Assembly: GCF_009914755.1 (NCBI RefSeq)
Contig: NC_060934.1
Source of the DNA: the human T2T-CHM13v2.0 reference genome, Homo sapiens
Direction: 5' to 3' (one strand)
DNA length: 64,000 nt
Made by a program: the position numbers and the translations under genes. Below, piece by piece: positions 41,339 to 56,534 of this stretch (the first letter of the stretch is position 1; every line of letters starts with the position of its first letter). The notes beneath the pieces were generated by a model. That model did no database searches, was not told where the DNA came from, and worked only from the letters and a program-made list of their open reading frames with translations.

Positions 41339-42255
41339 TATTTTTTAAATTGTTTTTAAATTATTTTTGTGGGTACCTAGCAGGTATATATACTTATGGG
41401 TTATGTGAGTTGTTTTGATACAGGCACATAATGTGAAATAAGCACATCATGGAGAATGGGGTATCCATTCCCTCAAGCATTTATCCTTTCAATTACAAAC
41501 AATCCAATATACTCTTTAAGTTATGTTATTTTAAAATATACAATTAAGTTATTATTGAATATAATCACTTTATTATGCTACCAAATAGTAGGTCTTATTC
41601 ATTCCTTCTATTTTTTTTTTGTACCCATTAAGCATCCCCAACTCCTCCACAATCCCCACTACCCTTCCCAGCCTCTGGTAACCATCCTTCTATTCTCTAT
41701 GTCCATGACTTCAATTGATTTGATTTTTAGGTCCCACAAATAAGTGAGAACATGTAATGTTTGTCTTTCTGTGCCTGGCTTATTTCACTTAACATAATAA
41801 TCTTCTGTTCCATCCATGTTGTTGCAAGTGACAGAATCTTATTCTTTTTTATGGCTGAATGGTACTCCATTGTGTATATGTGCCACATTTTCTGTATCCA
41901 TTCATCTGTTGATGGACGCTTAGCTTGCTTCCAAATCTTAGCAATTGTAAACACTGTTGTAACAAACATAGGAGTGTAGATATCTCTTCCATATACTGAT
42001 TCTTTTGGGTATATACCCGGCAGTGGGATTGCTGGATCATATGGTAGCTTAATTTTTAGTTTTTTGATGAACCTCCAAACTGTTCTCCATAGTGGATGTA
42101 CTAATTTACGTTCCTACCAACAGTGTACAGGGTTCCCTTTTCTCCACATCCTCACCAACATTTGTTATTGCCTGTCTTTTGGATAAAAGCCATTTTAACT
42201 GGGATGAGATAATATCTCACTGTAGCTTTAATTTGCATTTCTCTGATGATCAATG
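41339..42255 (-). mobile_element. 5'-truncated L1MA (L1MA1/2-like)
   Basis: ORF2 tail MFVTTVFTIAKIWKQ...[15 protein letters not shown]; 3'UTR CACATCATGGAGAATGGGGTATCC; TSD ATTCCTTGACTT/ATTCCTTGGCTT. Confidence 0.92.
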
Positions 42256-44413
42256 ATTCCTTGGCTTATTAGAGGCCATCTTTTGTCAAAGCCAGCAAAG
42301 AATAGTCAACAAACATTTGCTGAATGAATGAATTCGGAGTCAGACAGACCTGGTTTCAAATCCTAGCTCTATTACTTGGCCTTGAGCAAGTTACTTAGCT
42401 CTAAGTAAAATTATACATGAAATGGGTAAAAAATGTCTATGGAATAAAGTTCTGAAATTTCTAACATTCACTGAGTGCTAAGCATGCTGACTTGATTTGT
42501 ATTTATTACTTCACTTGATTCTCACCAAAACCCTAAATGGTGGGTGATGTTTTTATGCTGTTTATAGGTAAGGGACTGGGGCATAGAAACATTAAGCATC
42601 TTGTTCTAAATCATAGTAAACGGTGGAGCTAAAATTTACCTGGCATTCAGAGTCAGTATTCTTAACCACAATACTGCACACTACCCATAGTAAGGTAAAT
42701 TCCAATTATGATATCTGGTACATAATTGATGCTCAGTACATTGCAGGGCAAGATTAACAGCAATAAGCCTAGTAGCAAGTAATGTGTAGTGATCCAGGCC
42801 AACAGGCTAGGAGTTATTACTGGGAAGGTTTGAAACAAAATCCCAGATGTGGGGTAATAGTCTAGTTCTTAGGTGAGTTTGACAGGAATAAAAATGAGCC
42901 TCTATCCTGGTAAACCTGCTGTGCAGTATAGATTATAAGCAAAGACTGTGGCACAGGGGACCAAAATAGGGCCCAGGTCCTGGACCTATGTCCGGAGTTA
43001 GAAATGAACTCAGCAACTAAATTGGTGGCTCATGGTTAGAAACACACTAGCAGGATACATGCTGTGATTCTGTGTCACCTGGAGAGCTCTGGCAGCATGG
43101 AGTCAGCCTGGGAGATAACTGGGCTGCAGAAGGGTATCAGGAGCCCAGAGAAGAGGAGTGACAAAAGGAGGGTGAGGCCAGGCATTAGGCAAGTGGTCCT
43201 AGCCATGTTTATTGACAACAGTAACTTGCTGTCTTAGTAATCGTGTGTGTGCGTGTGTGCATACATGTCCGTGGTGTCAGTCTTCTAGAGTATATGGAAC
43301 TGTTTTTAGAAAGCGTTCTTCATAGGGCTCCTGTAGATCCCTAAAACATTTCTACAGCTACATTATCAAGATGATTCTATGGAAAAATAAGCTTGTTTCT
43401 TGCAAGCAAGCAAACAACCAACAACAATAAAACAATACTAAAAAAATAAATTTTTAAAAACTCTCTCTCAAGTCCATCATCACAATAAAAGTAAGCGCTT
43501 TTAAAAACAGAAACTAGGTTTTTAACCAAGTAGTTACTGAGACATTATCTGTAAAATATAAATGATCTTCCTAAAAATATAAAGATCTTTAAAATGTAAA
43601 AGATCTTCCTAACCTTTTGGCATATGAGAAAATCAGTACAGCACCATATATAGTGACTAACCACGGGATATTCTTAGAAAAATACTGTGAGGAAATCAGA
43701 AAACAAAAAGGAGATTTTTCCCTTCGTTTTCCTTTTTTTCTTTCTGTTTTAAAACCCACAATTCGAAAAGAAAAACCTGGCCTGGAGTTTGGAAAGCAGT
43801 ACTGGATTCTTGTTCAGGCTATTTCTTCTTTTGTTGTCCTTCAAAGGAGAATGTGGGACTGGGCTGATACAGCCAAAGTGAAGAACAGTTTCATTTCTTT
43901 TCAAGTTGTATCTGCTTCAAATTCACAGCACAATTAAATGTGCTTCTTGTGTATCTCACTAAAATTGAGGCTCTATGGGTCTTATGTTAGTTTCCCATGA
44001 ACTAGTTGTTAAGAAATGAGAAAATCCAAATTCTGTTCTGTGATCCTTTTTGGCAAGTATGTTAAAATTTGTAGGCCTGTTATTTCCTCTACAAACCAGA
44101 CAGTTTGACTATATTCAAATTTTCAAAAACCCTGGCATTTCGGCAAGATGGTAAAGTTTTTATATTCAAGTCTAAATATAGAGAACATGTCCACATATGG
44201 CAAATTATAATGAAGGAAGAATTATGCCAGCTTGAAACCTATGATCCATGAATTAAAAAATTTCTGCAGAAATGGTTGGGAGACTCCAAAAATAATAATA
44301 ACAATGTTAATGAAGTACTAAAAATAAGATTATGGGTGGATATTTATAGTATCTTTCTCATTCCTTTTCATGTTACTCCTTTTTTGAGGCCTGTCAAATT
44401 AATTATTAATTTT

Positions 44414-44429
44414 CTACCTCCTGGTGGCA
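44414..44429 (-). promoter_or_regulatory. Candidate CTCF site
   Basis: Minus strand TGCCACCAGGAGGTAG versus core CCASYAGRKGGCRS (2 mismatches). Confidence 0.4.
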
Positions 44430-45250
44430 ATGTAAAACAATCTTACTCAGACACTTGGGTCAATAGTAACAGAAATAATAATAATAGCAGTAGTAGCAGA
44501 CATTTCCTACCATATGGCAGGCACTGTCCAATCTCGCTTAATCCTTACCGTACATCCCCCCACCTTCCACCAAAACATACTTTTTTATGGATGAGGAAAG
44601 TGATGCCCAGAGCTACCAGCAACAGGTTAATGAGTGGCAGTCCTGAGAATGGAGCTTAGCTTGTTTAGTTTCAAAGCCCATGCTCCTGCCATTATGCCAT
44701 ACGGCTCCAGCACCGGAAATGTGTCCTTAACCAGAGGGAAGGCAAGAGCATACATAATCTGGGAATTGTAAAGGAGCATGAGGCTGCACATAGAACTAAA
44801 GCCCTTTAGTATGTGAAAGATCTCTAATTGCACAAAAGCACTGAGAGCCCAAGACTTTTCACAAAACAACTCACAAATCTGTAGCAAGTCCAAGGAGGCA
44901 TGGAGCACCACAAAGCAGTTTTGAAATTCCTGTCTAGAGGATCTTTAATTAAGGACCATTCCAGTGTTAAACTTGCATCTGTCCTTTGCTGATCTTTAAT
45001 TATTAATACAGGATAGTCACTATTTTTAGAAGGGAAGATCTGTTACTCCTGTTAGTTTGGCTTCTAGGGGCCTACCCTTCTCTTGGAGGTGTGTCCAGTG
45101 ATGATCACCTTATAATCTAAGGTGAAATTTTGGGGTGGTGAAGCAAAATAGGAGAAATGAGCACTGGATTTAGCTATTGGCCCAGGAGTGAAAGAGGGTT
45201 AGACTAAGAAATTGACCTTCCCCAACCCATTCAGTCACCCCTTGGACTGA

Positions 45251-45308
45251 ATGGAAGGAACTAGCTTGTCATGTAAGGAACTAGCTTGTCATGTAAGGAA
45301 CTAGCTTG
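45251..45308 (+). repeat. 20-bp tandem repeat, about 2.9 copies (ATGTAAGGAACTAGCTTGTC)
   Basis: Read directly; copies are identical from 45255. Confidence 0.95.
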
Positions 45309-48300
45309 GTCTACTCATAGAATGGGGCTAGATCCATGGCTATAAATGAGAGAGAATGCCTGCCTGAGACTACACTAGGAACTGTGCCTGATGGACTAAC
45401 CAAACCAAGCAGAGACTTGATGCTAGAAGTCCTTTAGAGGAAATTTGCTCTTTCTGGGCCTGGGCCCTGAGGGTTTCACATGATGATTAAGCCCTTTATT
45501 TGAAACATTAAGTCCTAAGAATTGCTTCTTGAGCATATCTTCCTGGTTGGCTTCCCAAGTCACAGTTCCCTCACGCCATAACCCTGACAGAGGTCCAGAT
45601 GTTTTGAGATATTTCTGGCATTAAAGTACAATTAATTTACACTTTAATGTAAAGTGTAAATTAAGACTATTGCACCCTCAAGAAAAAAAATACACACAAA
45701 CATAGAAATGTATATAATATATAGATACATGTATGTATCTATGCATATATATGTAATTTCTCTCGCTCTCTTATCTTTCTCTTTCTCTCCACACATACAC
45801 ACACATACAATCACATGCACATTAACACACATTGTTTTTTCTTAATGCTCATGCATATAAAAGCAATGAAGAAAGAGAGGCGTAGAGGTAACATGGAGTC
45901 AAGGCTTCCAAGGTTGTTTTCTCACTAATTATGTGTGGCCTTTGGTAAGTCTCTCTGAAAAGTGATGTCTTAGTGTAGTACATTGTTATATGATTTAAAA
46001 GATTGGATGTTGAAAAGTTAACTCAAAATTTGATAACGCTATTCTTCTATTGAAGATCCACTATGAGCACCAAAGATCTGGGAAGTGGAGAGAATAAAAC
46101 CCTAATCCAGGACAGCTTTAGTTTTTCTTGGGGCTCATGATCAGTTTACTATTTCAGCTTGTCAAATAAAGCCCAAGAGGCATTTTTAAGCTTGGAAAAT
46201 GCAATTCAATAGGGAATATCATTACACAAAGTTGATAACTTTTTTTGTCTTTTCCTTCTCTTTTTTCAATGCATGTGTACGCGCATGCGTGAGTGTGTGA
46301 TTATAATCCTCTCGATTTAGTCAGGGCCCATCAGCAGCCTGTGGCTTTCCCCTCACTCATCTTGTATCATTTCGTACCCGATGAGCAATCCCTACTTTAC
46401 CGATAATTTCAAGCAGATGAGAGAAAAGGGTAGAAACAGCCTCAGAGAACACACAGCATTTTGCTTTAAAAATTCCTGCTCTGTATTTAGCTTTTAGCTA
46501 AATCCTCTCTCCCTCTGAATATTTCCCACATGTAGGCAATTTTGCTTTTCTTTTCAGTTTTAAATGCCGCAACTCAGCAAGAAAAAAAAAGTGTCTGGTA
46601 TCTTCCTGAACAACTACCTGGTATTATACAGGTGAGATAAATTGTGATGCCACCAAATGTCCTATATATAAACGTATGGACATATATTCTTTTCTGAAAA
46701 CTGTATTTATACTGCATAATTTCTATCTTATATTTTCATGAATGGTGCCTGTTCATTTCCTTATATCATTAAATACACTTCAAGAAAACGTCATTTCCAG
46801 TGGACTCCCAACAAGAGCATAAACTTTTGATGTCAGAAAAACAGCGCAGACATGATCTGGACTCTGGGATATGTAAGATGACCCTCGTCTTAGGAGGCCA
46901 CATGGACTGTATCACGTACACAGTATATGAGGAAGCTGAGCTTTCCCTAGGGAAACAAGAAAAAGAGTGGAAACTTAACATTGTCCTATTTTTGTGCTTT
47001 ACATTTATTATCCTACTTAGTGCTTCCCCAAAACTTAGAAACTGTTATTATCTCATTTTACATAGGAGGAAACTGTGACTTAGAGAGATGAAGATACCTT
47101 ATATATAGATCTTGGATTTGGGACCAGAACTGCCCTAGTCTAGACCTTAGTTCTTTCTATTTCACCATTCTGCTTCTCTGAGAGGTAAACGACATCTTAA
47201 AATCAAGTCAGATAAAATGCTTTATACAACTACATGAAGAAAAAATTTAAATTTTATGAGTGGAATAGGACATTTGGTTACTCGGAATCAGGGAGATAAT
47301 GCAATGTTCTTATGCTTCATGTTTAATTCCCTGAAGCTTAAAAGGGGAATCTTGAGGACAAGTAGGGCAGTCTCTCTTTCCTTAGGTCGGGAATCAGGGA
47401 GAAATGAAAAAGGATAGAGTGGGTGTGGAGATAATGGTAGCTCAGTCTAGGAGAAATGGAGCCCGCTCATCTCTACATGAACTAAATACTGGCAGAGATT
47501 GAGAATTTTTGTATATCCTGCATCACTTTTAAAAAGTAGATCACTTCTAACAATATAGGATTGAAGACAATAAGAGAGGCCTAGGGGTCTTTTAATCTAT
47601 ATTAGCTAAATGTCTTTGATAACATTTAATAAACTTGGCAATGAAGTTCTGGGTGCTGTTAATATTAAATCATGATTTCTTAAAACATTTTTAAACATTT
47701 TATTTGCTTGGTTTGTATTTTTCCCTTTTGTATCTTGACCAACTCTTTCTAGCTGGGCTTGACTTTCTGCCACCACCAAAGAGCAGGGCAAGTACTCAAG
47801 TAAGTAAGCTACTAAGAAGGCCAGTGACCCAAGCCACCAGGAGAATCAGCTACCCATCTCCACTCCAGGGTTTCTGCCATTCAGTGACCGTGTCAGGTAG
47901 GACAGGCAATTACAGACATCACTATACTCATGCCTCTCCTTAAGCTAATGGAAAACAGGCAAGGATGATGCCCAAGAAGGTCTCAAATGTGTTACTCAGG
48001 CATCATCTTTTATTCATAGTGCAAACGTTTTTGGTAACAGGGACCAACTCCCCTGAAACCTACTACAGCCCTTCAAGACTTCTGTATAATTCTTTCTCCT
48101 TTATCAAGCCTGTGTACCCAGTATAGGGTAGTGGAGGCATGCTGTTCTTACTCACTAGCTCATTTTTGCCTAATTCTACCATCTTAATATATTTAATCCT
48201 TCCAAAAAAGTCATAAAGTATTCTAAGCATAGATAACCACATGAATTATGCCTTTTACGTGTAGAACCTAATAGAAGATACATTTCTCATTCATATTGCC

Positions 48301-49039
48301 TACAATAACACTCTTTCTCTACAAGGATACAATCAATAACACCATTACCCTCTCCATTCACTGATCCCAAACTAAGGGGAAAGGTCACTATGAGCCAGGG
48401 AAATCAGAGAAACACCAGGGGGCACAGTGCAAGGCCTGGGATAAAACTAGGAGCATTGGGACAATTCCTGAGGTGGGCTTTCTGTAATGAGAAGAGACAA
48501 CTGTGACAGGGACTTCCTTTCTATTTGGGAATGTCCTTAGCAACCTATAGCTGCCTTGCCCCACCGACCCCATCCCACCTACTCCTGTTCTTTTCCCTAA
48601 ATGGCTCCTGCTGGCTGTAATGGTAGCCTTGGCAGATGACAGGGTCAAGAGATGTGCACAATTATACAGTCCTTCTTCACCCCTGTCTGAGTTCTTACAT
48701 AACCTCCTAGTCTCTCGGGATGAGCAGAACATCCTGTCAAAAGCAAGAGGTATCAGAGAAGGAGGCAAAGAAGGGTTACAGGTCAGACTCTCTGGTTACC
48801 TTGAGCCTTGCCACTAATTTCCATCATCTGGGATTTTTCTTAACTTTCTTCCTACCTAGACTGCCCTGGCTCCAGAGGCATTCATATCTCTATGCCTCAG
48901 ACAGCAATTATAATGAGCTGCAGGCATGCAGGTCAAGGAAGAATTGACAAGAGTAGCCTCATATAAGGACAAGCTATGAGAGAGATAACAAAGGGTTTTC
49001 TTTACTCCAAAGCACCATTTTATTTCTAGTAAAAGTTCA

Positions 49040-49590
49040 GTTACTCAAATTCAGCACCTAGATATATACCCCAAAGTAATGAAAACAGAGGCTCACACAA
49101 ATATTGGTATATTAATGTTCACTGCAGCTTTATTCACAATAGTTAAAAAATAGAAACAACCCAAGCGTCCATCAACAAATTCATGTATTAAAAATGTGGT
49201 ATATGTGTATAATGAATATTATTCAACAATAAAAAAGAATGAAATTTTATATATGCTACAATATGGAGGAGCTTTAAAAACATTACGCTAAGTGAAATAT
49301 TCCAGACACAAAAAGGCAAATATTGCATGGTTTCACTTATATGAAATATTGAGAATAGGCATATTCATATAGCCAGAAAGTGGATTAGAGGTTGCCAAGG
49401 CCTGGTAGGAGAGAAAAACGGCAAGTTATTATGTAATTGTTAAAGTCTCCATTTGGGATGATCAAAATTTTTGGAAATAGATACAGGTGATAGTTGCAGG
49501 ACATTATGAGTGTACTTAATGCCACTGAATTATTCAAAATGGTTAAAATGGCGATTTTATGCTATATCTATTTTACCACAATTTAAGAAA
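49040..49590 (+). mobile_element. L1MB 3' end
   Basis: TGTTCACTGCAGCTTTATTCACAATAG..AAACAACCCAA...TGTACTTAATGCCACTGAATT...AAATGGTTAAAATGG...TTTTACCACAAT. Confidence 0.85.
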
Positions 49591-49862
49591 AGATCAGTTA
49601 CTCATCAGGGCATGTGTTTTTTTCCTTGTTATTCAAAACTTTTTTTTTCTAGATTTTGCAAAGTCACTGAAAAATTATTTCGTATCATTAGATTGGCACA
49701 TACTTTTTTCTCCCTTTCTGCATTTCCCCATTGTCTGCTCCTATGACCAACTGTTAGGAAGTCCAATTACTTAACATTTACTGAGTTCCAGGCACTCTTC
49801 TGTCCTACATGAATCGATTAATTTAGTTCTCATAACCTCTATGTGAAAAGTATTACTGTTAT

Positions 49863-50684
49863 TGCTATGGAAGGAGGGCAGGGGATTGCTGGGAAGAGGA
49901 GGGCGTGGTCCCTGGGGAGGGCTCCACCCCCAGACCTGTGCCCACGTACCTAGGTGAGGACAGGCACTCCTGCCTTCCCGCCCAAAAGTTGCATTTCCTA
50001 AGACTGTCCTGGCCCGCCACGCCTCCATCCTGTGCCTATAAAAACCCCAACACCCTGGCAGGCAGAGACACAAGCAGCTGGATGTCAAAAGGAATACACA
50101 AGCGGCTGGACGTTGAGGGGACGTCAAGGGGAGCATGCCAGTGGAAGGACACAGGACAGACGCCGGCAGGCCATCGACCAGTGGCCAGCAGAAGGAGGCG
50201 AGTTTGGCCGGAGAGATTGGAGGAGAGCCTGGGCCGCTGAGCGGCCAGACTCCACAGGAAAACCATCTACCTTCTGGCTCCCCCATCTGCTGAGAGCTAC
50301 TTCAACTCAATAAAATCTTGCTCTCATTCCCCAAGCCCACATGTGATCCAATTCTTCCGGTACATCAAGGCAAGAAATCCCAGGATACAAAAAGCCCTCT
50401 GTCCTTGAGATAAGGAAGGGGGTCTAATTGAGTTGACTGACACAAGCCGAGCTAACTAACACAAGCCGCCTACAGACGGCTAAACTAAAAGAGCACCCTG
50501 TAACACACGCCCATTGAGGCGTCAGCTTTAAACTTTCACCCCTAGACAGTGTTGTGGGGCCGGAGTCCCACAGCCTGCCCAGCTGTATGCTCCCTTAGAG
50601 GTTTGAGCAGCAGAGCACGGAAGAAGCGAGCCACACCCCCATCACATGCCCTGTGAGGGGGACAAGGGAACATTTCCTGTTTCA
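49863..50684 (+). mobile_element. LTR1-family (HUERS-P2, ERV1) solo LTR inserted in a MIR
   Basis: TGCTATGGAAGGAGGGCAGGGGATTGCTGGG...GGCGTGGTCCCTGG...CCTAGGTGAGGACAGGCA ... TTCCTGTTTCA; TATAAAA 50037-50043; AATAAA 50309-50314; 4-bp TSD TTAT/TCAT. Confidence 0.85.
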
Positions 50685-50795
50685 TCATTATTCTTATTTT
50701 ACAGAAGAAGCAGTAAATGTCATTCCCACGTCATCCTGTAAGTAAGGTCAGATTCCGTCTTGGTAAGTCTGGTAAGTCAGGCTCCAATATTTACT

Positions 50796-52690
<1,895 letters not shown>

Positions 52691-53088
52691 TTCTCACATG
52701 ATTTTCTATATTTTTCATGTTTCAAAACATAGGAATGTGAAATTAGCAATTCCCTAGTTATATTGACCACTGAAATAACAATAATGATAGCTAATTATGT
52801 TATGTATCTGCTATGTTTTCTAACAGCTTTATATTTGTTAACTCATTTGATCCTCACAGGAAACTATGACACAGGTCCTGCTCTTATGATTCCCAGTTTG
52901 ACTATAGGTAAAGTGCAAATTATTGGCTCCAAAATGAAATTTTCAGCAAACATGATACATCCAAAGAGGAATTTTTGTCATAAGTTAGTCCTAAACTTAA
53001 CAAAAATTAATTCAACAAACGTTTCTTCAACAAACTGTCCTCAATGAACTCACAAGACAGAAATAGACATAACACTAACCTAATTTTA

Positions 53089-53846
53089 CTTTATTTATTT
53101 ATTTTTTTTATTATACTTTAAGTTCTAAGGTGCATGTGCACAAAGTGCGGGTTTGTTACATATGTATACATGCGCCATGTTGGTGTGTTGCACCCAGTAA
53201 CTAGTCATTTACATTAGGTATATCTCCTAATGCTATTCCTCCCCCCTCCCCCCACCCCATGATAGGCCCCAGTGTGTGATGTTCCCCTTGCTGTGTCCAA
53301 ATGTTCTCATTGTTCAATTCCTACCTATGAGTGAGAACATGCAGTGTTTGGTTTTTTGTCCTTGTGATAGTTTGCTGAGAATGATGGTTTCCAGCTTCAT
53401 CCATGTCCCTGCAAAGGACATGAACTCATCCTTTTTTATGGCTGCATAGTATTCCATGGTGTATATGTGCAACATTTTCTTAATCCAGTCTATCATTGAT
53501 GGACATTTGGGTTGGTTACAGGTCTTTGTTACTGTGAATAGTGCTGCAATAAACATTGTGTCCATGTGTCTTTATAGCAGTATGATTTATAATCCTTTGG
53601 GTATATACCCAGTAATGGGATGGCTGGGTCAAATGTTATTTCTAGCTCTAGATCCTTGAGGAATCGCCACGCTGTCTTCCACAATGGTTGAACTAGTTTA
53701 CAGTCCCACCAACAGTGTAAAAGTGTTCCTATTTCTCCACATCCTCTCCAGCACCTGTTGTTTCCTGACTTTTTAATGATCGCCATTGTAACTGGTGTGA
53801 GATGGTATCTCGCTGTGGTTTTGATTTGCAGTTCTCTGATGGCCAG
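53089..53846 (-). mobile_element. 5'-truncated L1PA (L1PA4-6-like)
   Basis: Translation ...[34 protein letters not shown]; primate L1 3'UTR; 16-bp TSD CACTAACCTAATTTTA/CACTAAACTAATTTTA. Confidence 0.95.
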
Positions 53847-53869
53847 CACTAAACTAATTTTAATGCAGA

Positions 53870-55000
53870 CCACACTACAACAAAGTGCCGTTGAGAAGAG
53901 GTGCTGAGGACATAGTGAATGAGTAATTCAGGCTCGAGGAGATTGAGAAGGTATTTGAGTTAGGGTTTTGAAGGATGAGTAGACTTTTCTTGGGTTTAGG
54001 AGTTAAGGAAGTATCTCTAGACAAAGAGTACAATAGGATAATAGTATGGAGGCTCACTAAATTGAAATGACCTGTCTCTTCCTAGGCTGGCAGCTCCTTC
54101 AGAGCATATACTAGGCCTAAGTCATGCCTATAATCCTAGTGCCTTGCAAAGTATTTATGGTGTACTCAGTAAATTCTTACTGAATTAATGAACAGATGGA
54201 TGGATTGATGAATGACGGAAAAGTTAATGAATGTCATAAAGTGTTTGAGAAATAGCAGTTAGAATAGTGTGATTGTTGCACAAAGTCAAGTAGGCAATGC
54301 AGTTAAAAAGACAGTTTGAAGCCAAGCTCTGAAAGGACCTATGTATCATAAAAAGTATCCTGGCCTTTATTTTATTAAAAATATAGATCTATTGACTCTT
54401 TTTGAGCATATGAATGGCATTGGCTGGTTTGTGTTTTAGAATAATAATTCTGACAGTATAGAGGATGGATTGGCAATGGTTGGAGGTAGTTATGTATCAG
54501 GAGGAAAATTCTTAGGAAACTACAGGAAATTGTCCAATTGAGAGATGATGAAGACAGAACTATGAAAAGGAATATAAGAGAGACACTTGAAAACATCTCT
54601 GTGGCATCTAGCTTGAGTGACTGGTAAGAGTGCAGTGCCATATTCTAATATAAATCATGAGAGAAGGAGATTTTTTTGAGGGAAAATGATTGAGTAATTT
54701 CACATTTTTTTTTTAGTTTGGGGAGCCCATAAGTCTATCCAGAGTGGTTTGGCAATATTAGTCAAGAGGCATGGGCTCAAGATATAGATTTGGGATTTAG
54801 GTGCTTATAGGTATTAACTGAAACCATGGAGGAGATGAGATTCTCTGGGAAGGCAATGAAGAAATAGATTGAGCACAGAGCATTAGAGAATACCTATATT
54901 TAATGGGCAAGCAAAAACAAAAGGCACAATGAATGGAAATTGATAGAGAGGAAGGAGACTAACTGAAAGAGATTGCAAGGCAGATATTTAGAGGCAAAGG
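53870..55000 (-). mobile_element. L2 fragments, mostly antisense, with a sense L2 tail at ~54080-54230
   Basis: GGTATTTGAGTTAGGGTTTTGAAGGATGAGTAG, GATATAGATTTGGGA and TGAAACCATGG..G.GATGAGAT motifs. Confidence 0.6.
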
Positions 55001-55034
55001 TGAACCTGACAGACCCAGCAATGAAATACTTACG

Positions 55035-55520
55035 ATGATACTTCTAGTTGCAAGTAGCAGAAACTCACTTGAACTAACTTAGGTAGATGAGAAGAAACTA
55101 ATAATAGTGTTCAAGAGTGTTTTACCCAACCTAAAGTCAGACCAAGTGACTGGGCCTCACAGGGGGCTGGGACCAGAAACTGGACAGCTATCAGGAACCA
55201 ACGGAGACACCTGCTCAGTTCTCTAAACTGCTTCGTTCTTCTCTCTGAAGACTGCCTCTGCTCTTGCCCAACTCACAGTGGCTGACTTCCATATTAAATG
55301 GTTCTCTGAATCCCAATTCCAGTTATTGTAGAAAGAATATGATTGGCCCTAGTTGGGTTAGGTGTCCACCCTTGATCCAATCCACTATGGCCAGGGTAGG
55401 GATAGGGAAGGACTCAGAACAAATATGGCAGCTAGGATTTTCTTCTATGAGTGAAGGGAATAGTCTCAGAGAATGACCACTCTGAATTGGGCAGATGCCC
55501 CCAAAGATATCTACTACAAG
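55035..55520 (-). mobile_element. MLT1 (J/K-like) LTR
   Basis: GTTGCAAGTAGCAGAAACTCACTTGAACTAACTTA...TGATTGGCCC.AGTTGGGTTAGGTGTCCACCC.TG.TCCAATC. Confidence 0.65.
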
Positions 55521-56534
55521 ATTAATCAAAATGACTGCATAAAGGCCTGGTTGATCTTTCATGGAGACATCAATTACAAGGAAAGTTGTTAGTACAGTGA
55601 TTCCTTTTCTATTCTCTCTGTTCCTGTTTCCTCTGTCAGCCCAGAGGAAAACTTGTGTGAATGTTAGTGTTTATTTCTCCACATAACAGAAACTAGAATA
55701 AAATAAATTGCTCGTGAAATGCCTTGACATCCTCAGGTCAAAGGATCTAAACAAATACAAAGCATTTTTTCCCCCTAGGGAAAACTAGAGCTTTCCAGTT
55801 GTTTTTGCTTTCACCTGGGTCTCATTGATTTCCCAAATTGTACTAGTTGCTTTCTGGCTTTCATTAATCAAACTGCCACTTGGGATAGACTGCTCGTCCT
55901 TCATCTTATTTTGATCAATTTCATTCTCACATTCATCTCTCTGGCAATTTGCAGTGGAAGATTTGTTAGGGGCAGAGCAGGATGCGGGATGACTAGGGAT
56001 TTGGGGGAGTAGAGTCAGTTCCTGAATCTGATTGAGTCTGTCTGTTAACAGAAATATTTTCCCCCTCATTCCTTCTAGCTCTAAGAATAGCAGTACCAGC
56101 TGTACTTGCCTGAGCCATATCTAAATTAATAAAATAAAGTGGGATTATTGACATTTTCTTGCTTCAACTACCAAATGTGCATCTTTGAATTTTTATCAAC
56201 TGAGATGCTCTTATAATGGAACATTCGCAGAAATGGGCTTGACCTAAAAATGATAATGTACACTTTATTCATGCTAATTATGCATTTGTATTCCTCTTAC
56301 TTATGTTGTCCTTTTATCTATTTTGCATTTCAGCAGTTAGTATTAAACAGAAGCAGTTTAAGGAGGCAAAGTAGCTTAGTTGTCAGGAAAGTGTCTTTGT
56401 GGTCAGACTTTCATCATGCTCCCAGCTCTCTTACCTAAGACCTAGGTGACCTCAGGGAAACTATTTAACCTTTTGAAGCCTCCATTTTCATACCTAAGCA
56501 ATTATGCTCCTTTGAGGTTTAAATGATATATATA

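Noticed and set aside
43553-43612. Three imperfect ~21-bp repeats (AAAATATAAA-GATCTTCCT)
   Set aside because: Degenerate AT-rich slippage duplication with no evident motif; the same applies to the 13-bp duplication at 6788-6813.
44183-44192. Perfect p53 half-site GAACATGTCC
   Set aside because: An isolated half-site with no adjacent partner; expected by chance.
45251-45308. CRISPR-like array
   Set aside because: Units are directly adjacent with no unique spacers, in a eukaryotic context; a simple minisatellite.
49771-50313. 171-, 111- and 93-aa overlapping ORFs
   Set aside because: They lie in a GC-rich LTR where stop codons are rare, and show no gag/pol/env similarity.
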